Shown one piece after another: positions 54,065 to 60,996 of a stretch of 64,000 bases of DNA. The translations under genes and the position numbers were made by a program. A model generated the notes under the pieces. That model saw only the letters and a list, made by a program, of their open reading frames with translations. It had not been told where the DNA came from and searched no databases. Origin of the DNA: Enterobacter phage ZX14; sequence record PP236086.1. The stretch is one strand, 5' to 3'. Every line of letters begins with the position of its first letter. Within the stretch, counting starts at the first letter, position 1.

Positions 54065-55232
54065 TATCTTCTTCCATTTCGTCAAGAGCATTCTCAACAT
54101 CGGCTGCGGATGGTTTACCTTTCTTACCTAAGTCAGGAATTTTACTTGTCGCTTTAGCATTTAACAGGTCAGCAACAGCGTCATCAACTTCTTTAATAGA
54201 AGAGATTGCACCAAGTTTGTATTTGGTTTCGATTGCATCACGGAACGGTTTATGCTTAAACAGAGGACCCCAGAATTCAACATCATCTGTAGCCTTAGCA
54301 CGCCATGATTTTTCTTCCTGAACCATTTCACCGGTTTCTTCATCAAGGAATGAACGAGCATACCAGCCAGCTTTTGGTTTAACAACGAAACCGAGGTCTG
54401 TAGCTAGTTCAAGCAGACCACTGAATGGGTCAATACCACCTTTAAAGTTCACCGTAATCGGGAACGTGGATTTTTCTTGAACAGTACGAGACTTTTCAGC
54501 TTTCAGAGTGAAGTCATAACCAGTGAGTTCAGTGCCATCTTTAATCTGGCGTTTAGAGATATAGAATACCGTTGACGCAGAATAAAGAATACCAGTACCG
54601 CCACCCATGATTTCTTTAGGGTACATACCACCGATTTCCATTGCCGTATGGTTAATCGCTACGCACGGAATATCTTTAATAGTTAGATATGGCGTTACGA
54701 TACGGAACAGAGATTTCAGTGACTTAGCACGGGACATATCACCAACTTCTTTTTCGTCCAGAGCATCTTGTGTTTCTTTCTTAGATGCAGTGTTACCGAT
54801 GGAGTCGATGAAGATAATAACCTTTTCACCACGCTGGATTTCTTCCAGTTGGTTGGTCATATCAATTTTCAGCTTCTCTACTGACTGGATTGGCGTATGA
54901 ACCACTCGTTCCAGGTCTACACCCATTGAACGGAAGTAAGATTCGGAAGCACCAAATTCAGAGTCATAGAACAGACAAATTGCATCTGGATATTTCTTCA
55001 TATATGCGGCGACCATTGTCAAACCAAACAGAGTTTTAAAGTGTTTAGATGGCGCAGCGAAAATAGTCAGACCAGATTGTAAGCCAGTATTCAGACCACC
55101 ACCTAACGCAATGTTTAACATTGGGATACGAGTAGGGACTTCGTCACGACCGTTAAACAGTTTAGACTTAGTCAGATCAGCAGTCAGTTTAGTAGTAGAA
55201 GCTTTAATCAGGCGAGATTTTAAATCGGACAT
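54057..55232 (-). CDS. uvsX: UvsX recombinase (RecA homolog)
   Basis: 391 aa. MSDLKSRLIKAS…, Walker A, C-terminal acidic tail EMEEDNE. T4 UvsX is also 391 aa. Confidence 0.9.
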   Translation of the reverse strand: MSDLKSRLIKASTTKLTADLTKSKLFNGRDEVPTRIPMLNIALGGGLNTGLQSGLTIFAAPSKHFKTLFGLTMVAAYMKKYPDAICLFYDSEFGASESYFRSMGVDLERVVHTPIQSVEKLKIDMTNQLEEIQRGEKVIIFIDSIGNTASKKETQDALDEKEVGDMSRAKSLKSLFRIVTPYLTIKDIPCVAINHTAMEIGGMYPKEIMGGGTGILYSASTVFYISKRQIKDGTELTGYDFTLKAEKSRTVQEKSTFPITVNFKGGIDPFSGLLELATDLGFVVKPKAGWYARSFLDEETGEMVQEEKSWRAKATDDVEFWGPLFKHKPFRDAIETKYKLGAISSIKEVDDAVADLLNAKATSKIPDLGKKGKPSAADVENALDEMEEDNE

Positions 55233-55295
55233 TATATTTTTCCATTGGTCACCATTATATTTTTCTCACAGTTAGATTAGAAGGTAATTATATCA

Positions 55296-55427
55296 CTTTG
55301 GGTTTACAGCACGTTCTACACACGCCTTAGCCCATTTTTTATTATTTTGACGCTCAAAAAACAATAAAACAAATAGACCGCCTAGGCTAAGAAGACCTAG
55401 GCTAATAATAAAGATTAACGGGCCCAT
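55296..55427 (-). CDS. small membrane peptide (43 aa)
   Basis: MGPLIFIISLGLLSLGGLFVLLFFERQNNKKWAK… overlaps the 3' end of the kinase gene. Confidence 0.25.
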
Positions 55428-55966
55428 TTGATAATCATCGTAATCAAAGCATTACGCTCGTTTGCATTAAAACTTTTAATCTTGTTGTTGCCGTAATGGT
55501 TCAGCAATTGATAGATATGAACATCATTTGTATCTGCAAACTCTTCGAACAATGAGATGACCTTATTGAAACCTTCTGCAGACAAAGAAATCAAGTCATC
55601 TTCAAAGTCTTCGGTCATTTCATTACGAGTCAGAATGATTGGCAGAACACTATTATGTGTACAAAGACGATGGAAGTCTTCTTCATACATATTAAGAACA
55701 GACTCTTTCTCTCGTCGAATCATGCCATAAACCCAGTTTGAAATATAACCACGGTCTAACAGATAAATCTTAGATGGGTCTAAGTATTTCAACATTGTTT
55801 CGAAACAAGCCACTTCATTTCGTGACTTGATATCGAACCGTCCTTCAGAAGTACGTTTTGGGAATTCAATCTTTACATAACGGTCAGAGATTTCACAGAT
55901 ATCGCGAATAAGAGATGTTTTACCTGCGTTATCTGCACCATCAACTAAAATAATTTTGGTTTTCAT
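55415..55966 (-). CDS. P-loop kinase (nucleoside/nucleotide or sugar kinase-like)
   Basis: 183 aa. Walker A ILVDGADNAGKTS at the N-terminus. First gene of the sugar-nucleotide cassette. Confidence 0.55.
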   Translation of the reverse strand: MKTKIILVDGADNAGKTSLIRDICEISDRYVKIEFPKRTSEGRFDIKSRNEVACFETMLKYLDPSKIYLLDRGYISNWVYGMIRREKESVLNMYEEDFHRLCTHNSVLPIILTRNEMTEDFEDDLISLSAEGFNKVISLFEEFADTNDVHIYQLLNHYGNNKIKSFNANERNALITMIIKWAR

Positions 55967-56862
55967 TCGTTAATTACCACGTCACTGTACATAGGAATAT
56001 TATACGGCGAAGAAATGAAAGCGCCAAAATAAATGAATTCTGCTAAACCAGGATGGAATACCTTTTCAGGGTTCTCGAAATACTGGATATGTGGTCTGCC
56101 TTTCAGTACTTGATAATATTCTGCTTTGGTCAGTTTAGTCAAACGAATCACAGCTTCTTCTGGATAATGACTACGGTCGAAACTATCATTAGGGTCTGTG
56201 ATATAAACCGGTTGCTGAGTTTGAATTGCACATTCAACCACTTGGTTGAAACGATAACATGGGTCACTGATACGGAATGGATGGAAGATACCATTCACAT
56301 GTACCGCTTCAAGACCCGCAGCGTAGCGCTCGATTACGCTAGGACGCACGACCTTTTGGTCTACAATAATCTTATAGTCATCAGCCCCGTGTTTAACCAG
56401 GACGTCCTTCTGACACTGATTCAATACTGTCGTATACTTACTACGATTTACTGATGCAACATCTTCTTCAATGAATTGGTCGATATAGAAAAGAGGCTTT
56501 TCTGGATTCATTGTGATGTTAAAGTTGAACCATACCGGATGACGACCCTTATAACCTGTGATATCTGTTACCAATCCAACAACATCATAATATTCTACTA
56601 ATGAGTCAACGACCCATTGGTTTTCTTCCCAGAAATGTTTACGAGTTTCGAAAGCATTTTCTTTATACCACAGAGGGATAAATTCGAACTCAGGGAACAA
56701 TTCACGAAGTTCATCTGCATCAGAAGCATTTTTAGGAATAGCGATAATATCGCCAGCACGAGCACGGTTCAAATGAAGCTGAAGATTGCCGTCCTTCAGA
56801 ACGGCATATTCACCAGTTTCATGAGACCGCATACTATAAATTGGTACGCGGAGATGAGGCAT
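55963..56862 (-). CDS. hypothetical protein at the beta-glucosyltransferase position (candidate DNA glycosyltransferase)
   Basis: 299-aa ORF between uvsX and gene 42, where T4 has beta-gt. No similarity to T4 Bgt visible. Confidence 0.45.
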   Translation of the reverse strand: MPHLRVPIYSMRSHETGEYAVLKDGNLQLHLNRARAGDIIAIPKNASDADELRELFPEFEFIPLWYKENAFETRKHFWEENQWVVDSLVEYYDVVGLVTDITGYKGRHPVWFNFNITMNPEKPLFYIDQFIEEDVASVNRSKYTTVLNQCQKDVLVKHGADDYKIIVDQKVVRPSVIERYAAGLEAVHVNGIFHPFRISDPCYRFNQVVECAIQTQQPVYITDPNDSFDRSHYPEEAVIRLTKLTKAEYYQVLKGRPHIQYFENPEKVFHPGLAEFIYFGAFISSPYNIPMYSDVVINE

Positions 56863-57551
56863 TAGATAAAACCTTTCACATAATCAAAGTCACGCTCAAA
56901 TACATGAGCACTCACCATGGTGTGGGTATAATCACCCAGTTCAACACCACATTCTTTTGCAATGAATTCCATCAGTTTGCCTTGCAGATAGAAATCCAGC
57001 TGCATTACAATAGCACAGTTTTGTGACCGCATATGACAGTGAGTGTAAAGCTTACCTTCACGGATATAATACGTTACCGAGTCTGTACAAGGGTATTCAA
57101 GGGACTCGTCGCTATCTAAGAGCGCTTGGTCTTGTTCTTGGAGAATCTGGAACACAACACGTCTCGAGTTAGGCTTCTCTTTAAGCTCTTTAAGTAAGGC
57201 TGGGAGTTGGGCCACAATTCGAGGTCCATAGAAAGTGTTGAAGTTTGCAGGCAATACGTCACTTTTCGGCTTAGCAATGAACTTAGCAACATTTGGATAT
57301 TCCTTAAATGCTTCTTCTGCATCTGTACCGCCTGAAATCATGAACTGCCAGAATGCTTCAGCATATTCATAACTAATACGGTTGATACGTTCGTCTTTGA
57401 ATTTATAAGTGGATGGGTCTAATACACGAAGGGTCATTGAACCAATTTCATTACAACGGCCAATACGAGATTCAATTTCAAAATCAGGCAATTCAAGAAT
57501 CTTTTCGTTAGCCTGTTTAAATGCACTTTCAAAAGTAGAGCAAACAATCAT
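56862..57551 (-). CDS. 42: dCMP hydroxymethylase gp42 (ThyA-like fold)
   Basis: 229 aa with thymidylate-synthase-like blocks (…NSRRVVFQI…, …HCHMRSQNCAIVMQLD…, …HTMVSAHVFE…). Position as T4 gene 42. Confidence 0.65.
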   Translation of the reverse strand: MIVCSTFESAFKQANEKILELPDFEIESRIGRCNEIGSMTLRVLDPSTYKFKDERINRISYEYAEAFWQFMISGGTDAEEAFKEYPNVAKFIAKPKSDVLPANFNTFYGPRIVAQLPALLKELKEKPNSRRVVFQILQEQDQALLDSDESLEYPCTDSVTYYIREGKLYTHCHMRSQNCAIVMQLDFYLQGKLMEFIAKECGVELGDYTHTMVSAHVFERDFDYVKGFI

Positions 57552-57553
57552 TT

Positions 57554-57919
57554 TTATACCTCTGGAATATATGGTTCGGCTTTATGCAACAAATTGTTTT
57601 GCATAAGCATTTTAAATGTTGCAGGTGACATTGCCTTATCATCAATAATCCAATCATATCTTGGTTTATGAGTCAGCAATTCATGGTACTTCAGTCCAAT
57701 CTTTTCCAGATTCTTAAGAAGTGGAGGTAATATTTCCGAAGCGATTCGGTCTGGTCCAACACTCTCCATACCACGTGCAGTATACAGGACAATTGTATTA
57801 CCTTCGTCATACAGCTTATTAATCATGGACACCATTTCGGTGTCCGGTACGAAGTTTTCGTAATCACGGCCATTATCCCAGACCGTGATAGTATTATCAA
57901 TATCAAAACATAAACGCAT
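57554..57919 (-). CDS. HAD-superfamily phosphatase
   Basis: Start at MRLCFDIDNT (DxDxT motif I). TAATG coupling to the upstream gene. 121 aa. Confidence 0.6.
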   Translation of the reverse strand: MRLCFDIDNTITVWDNGRDYENFVPDTEMVSMINKLYDEGNTIVLYTARGMESVGPDRIASEILPPLLKNLEKIGLKYHELLTHKPRYDWIIDDKAMSPATFKMLMQNNLLHKAEPYIPEV

Positions 57920-59607
57920 TATCGAATTCGTTCCCATTGATGAGTGATATCGCCACCGATTGGTTTGTAGACTGCACCGGTTTCTTTATCGATGAGTTCC
58001 CACTTATCACTGTTCTTTGTGATAAGAGTTGCCGTAATAGCTTCTGGCAGGTCTTTAGCGACTGTACCGTCTTTCAACATACGGCCCATTTTACGTAATT
58101 GTTTAGTCAGCAGATACATGCCGTAGTAATAGGCTGAAACCGCTTTCAATGGGTTGTTCTTGAAATAACCACCGAGAGCAATCCAGATAATCGCTACAGC
58201 CAGATGGTGATGTTCGTTGAACGTGTCCATCTTTTCATATTTGTAGATTAATGGCTCGATATTAATATAAGCCTTTTCGCCTTCAATATTCAAACCACCC
58301 CATAAGGCATCTGCGTTAAATTCATCATACCCACTTACAGCATATAATACTTTTGCTTCATCATACAAGCGTGGACCATAAATCTTCGTGTTACCAAAAT
58401 AGCCGCGAGGGTCAATAAATTTAATATCGCCATCGATAAACGTAATCATCGTATTACTGAAGTTAGGGTCGCCATGAATAACATGATAACGTTTAGAATA
58501 TTGATAACGAACAAGATGGTTCAATGCCTGTTTCAACATTGGCACTAAACGACCGATTTTAATACCATTCACATGAGTAATCTTACCAAATGAATCAATC
58601 ACTGGCTGAATACTTGCACAACGGTCGATAACTTTATCATGGAATTCTTTCTTGAAATCGGCTTCTATTTCTTTACGGTCGACACTCTTACTCATTGCAT
58701 CTTCAAAACGAAGAGCATCAAGAATTTTATCAATCATACTGATACGAGCATTTGATTTCAATGTTTTGATATGCTCAAACATAGGCAGACCATGAATTCG
58801 TTCCATTTCAAATTCACCTGCTTCTTTATTGTAGTTAACGATTTGAGGAATCGAATTCGAATGAACAGAATAATACCATTTGACTTCATCTTCTTGAAGA
58901 GAACGGCCTTGTTCTGTTACTGCAATTTTAGTTACAGTATCTTCGTTTATTTCCACTGAATTAAAACTACGATTCAGTTCACGGTCTGCATGTGCATTAG
59001 CCAGTTTAGGCTTATCGCCTAAATCGATTAAATTCAGCAGTTCGGATTGACGCATTGATTCGCCATAAACGAAATCAACAAAGTCACGCCCTTCACAATG
59101 GTCATTGATTTCTTCTTTGGTTATGCCCATGAAGAATTCCCAGTCTTTAAACTGGTAAATGCCTACTACATTACCACCTGTTGCACCGACGTTACGAAGT
59201 GAATAACCGTCGAAATTATAACGGCATTCATCGCCCTTCGTATAAATGGCGTTCTCACCCCAAGACCATGAACCAAAGTCTGGGATAATGTCACACCAGT
59301 TCACGACGACATTATGACCATCCAGAATAGGATGTAATAATGCCAATGCATAAGCAGAACCATAAGATTCATCTACAGTCTGAACATTAATTTTCAGACC
59401 TTCTTGTTCTGCATAAGCTTCGACCATGCCCTGGAATTTAGAATGCACGACAACAATAACTTCATCTGCACCCAAATCAGTATAAATGGTCGCTAAGTTT
59501 TTGAGAATGGTGTCTTGTTTATAGTTCACAAGCACTTTAGGGATATGATGAGTGATTGGATATAAACGAGTAGCCAATCCAGCTCCGAGAATAACAGCCT
59601 TTTTCAT
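57919..59607 (-). CDS. bifunctional sugar-1-phosphate nucleotidyltransferase / kinase-like protein
   Basis: Start at MKKAVILGAGLATRLYPIT (GxGTRL NT-transferase signature). The C-terminal half has an aminoglycoside/choline-kinase-like HGDPNFSN motif. The six-frame ORF runs 97 codons further upstream into the SIS gene and was trimmed. Confidence 0.65.
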   Translation of the reverse strand: MKKAVILGAGLATRLYPITHHIPKVLVNYKQDTILKNLATIYTDLGADEVIVVVHSKFQGMVEAYAEQEGLKINVQTVDESYGSAYALALLHPILDGHNVVVNWCDIIPDFGSWSWGENAIYTKGDECRYNFDGYSLRNVGATGGNVVGIYQFKDWEFFMGITKEEINDHCEGRDFVDFVYGESMRQSELLNLIDLGDKPKLANAHADRELNRSFNSVEINEDTVTKIAVTEQGRSLQEDEVKWYYSVHSNSIPQIVNYNKEAGEFEMERIHGLPMFEHIKTLKSNARISMIDKILDALRFEDAMSKSVDRKEIEADFKKEFHDKVIDRCASIQPVIDSFGKITHVNGIKIGRLVPMLKQALNHLVRYQYSKRYHVIHGDPNFSNTMITFIDGDIKFIDPRGYFGNTKIYGPRLYDEAKVLYAVSGYDEFNADALWGGLNIEGEKAYINIEPLIYKYEKMDTFNEHHHLAVAIIWIALGGYFKNNPLKAVSAYYYGMYLLTKQLRKMGRMLKDGTVAKDLPEAITATLITKNSDKWELIDKETGAVYKPIGGDITHQWERIR

Positions 59608-59648
59608 TTTGTGTTCCTCATTAAATGGTACATCCATTGTACCATAAT

Positions 59649-59792
59649 TTAATTGAAGCAATTGTATTTGGCCTGGAGCCAGAGCATACACCAACCTATG
59701 ACTAATGTAGGAATCATTAGAGGTACAGTGATAGACCAATAAATTGTTAGTCCGAAGAAGGCTAACAGAAGGAATCCGGCTAAGTATTTCAT
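59649..59792 (-). CDS. small membrane protein (47 aa)
   Basis: MKYLAGFLLLAFFGLTIYWSITVPLMIPTLVIGWCMLWLQ…. Its ATG overlaps the SIS stop (ATGA). Confidence 0.35.
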   Translation of the reverse strand: MKYLAGFLLLAFFGLTIYWSITVPLMIPTLVIGWCMLWLQAKYNCFN

Positions 59793-60427
59793 TTCTCACC
59801 ACGGAGCTGAGCACCAAGTGCACCACCAGGGTGGAAGCGCAGGAAGTCGTCAGGAGTAAAACGACGTGCGGCTGAAAGGTTAATTGCAAAGGTATCAATT
59901 AGAGCCAAGAGCAGCGTCGTAGACATTGTAGGCGCTAATTTGTTGTCATCAATCTCAATAGCTCGACCAGTACAGAAATTGTAGTCGAACATCTTTAAGA
60001 TATCATCAGGTAGACTTGGATTACAATGAAGAAGAATCTGATTCACACCAGGACGAATACCACGCAGATGATTAACAACGCCTAACATTTCTTCAGTCTT
60101 ACCTGAACGAGAGATATGGACCAGCACATCATTAGGACCAATGAAACCAGCATCACCGTGTGAATAATGGCCTGTATTCAAATACATACTTGGAATACCA
60201 AGCGAGGCCATTGTTTCTGAAGCCTTAGTGGCGATGTTAGCGTTTTTACCTACACCAGTAATAATTACACGACCTTCATAATCGGACAAACCAGGGACGC
60301 CTAGGACTGCCAGGATTTCAAGATAATTTCTATAATCTTTCTCAACTATAGATGTCAGTATATCAAGAGCTTGTGATTGAAGTTCTAATGCATTTTTAGC
60401 TCGGTCAATTGGATTGATGTGGTTCAT
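59789..60427 (-). CDS. SIS-domain sugar-phosphate isomerase (KpsF/GutQ arabinose-5-phosphate isomerase-like)
   Basis: 212 aa. SIS signature …RVIITGVGKNANIATKASETMASLGIPS… and HISRSGKTEE. Confidence 0.7.
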   Translation of the reverse strand: MNHINPIDRAKNALELQSQALDILTSIVEKDYRNYLEILAVLGVPGLSDYEGRVIITGVGKNANIATKASETMASLGIPSMYLNTGHYSHGDAGFIGPNDVLVHISRSGKTEEMLGVVNHLRGIRPGVNQILLHCNPSLPDDILKMFDYNFCTGRAIEIDDNKLAPTMSTTLLLALIDTFAINLSAARRFTPDDFLRFHPGGALGAQLRGEK

Positions 60428-60941
60428 TACGTTTTACCCTATTACATTCATTTTCAGTTTTAAGAGCTTTGGCCTGAAGCTTTGTGTAGCTCTTTTTCCA
60501 AAGGTCAAAAGCTGTACTGTATTCATAAGATTTACGATAATCGCTTCGTGATGGGCGTTTATCAATAAGTTTATTATATTCTTCTTTGAACGTATCATTG
60601 ACAAAACGCTCACAGTATTCTGCAATACGAGTGTTACGGTCAATTTCATGGTTCTTGGCTACAGCACGAAGATAATCTTCACGTGGTTGTGCGTTACGAC
60701 GTTCTTCATCAAGCTTGGCTGCTAATTCAGCTTGAGCAGCACAGTTCTTACCACATTGATTTGGAGCTCTGGTATACGTAATGCCTGTACCGTTACGCCA
60801 TTGGACTTCACCTGTACGTGCGTCAACTTCAGCCTGGGTCCTAATCTTTCCTACTTCAGACGCATTGTAGATAGGCCCTTGAGGCATCTGACAACCGGCC
60901 AGAAGAGTAGCAGCTGCTATTAAAGCAATTTTAAATTTCAT
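60405..60941 (-). CDS. putative lipoprotein at the imm position
   Basis: Start at MKFKIALIAAATLLAGC (lipobox LAGC) with a GAGGA Shine-Dalgarno. Lies between the SIS gene and gene 43. Confidence 0.55.
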   Translation of the reverse strand: MKFKIALIAAATLLAGCQMPQGPIYNASEVGKIRTQAEVDARTGEVQWRNGTGITYTRAPNQCGKNCAAQAELAAKLDEERRNAQPREDYLRAVAKNHEIDRNTRIAEYCERFVNDTFKEEYNKLIDKRPSRSDYRKSYEYSTAFDLWKKSYTKLQAKALKTENECNRVKRNEPHQSN

Positions 60942-60996
60942 TTTAATCCTCAAAAAGTGTTAGGCCATTTTATCACAGCCTAACACATTTGTAAAC

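Noticed and set aside
59608-59898. 97-codon N-terminal extension of the nucleotidyltransferase ORF
   Set aside because: It starts at a non-ATG codon inside the SIS gene and is low-complexity. The canonical MKKAVILGAG start lies at 59607.
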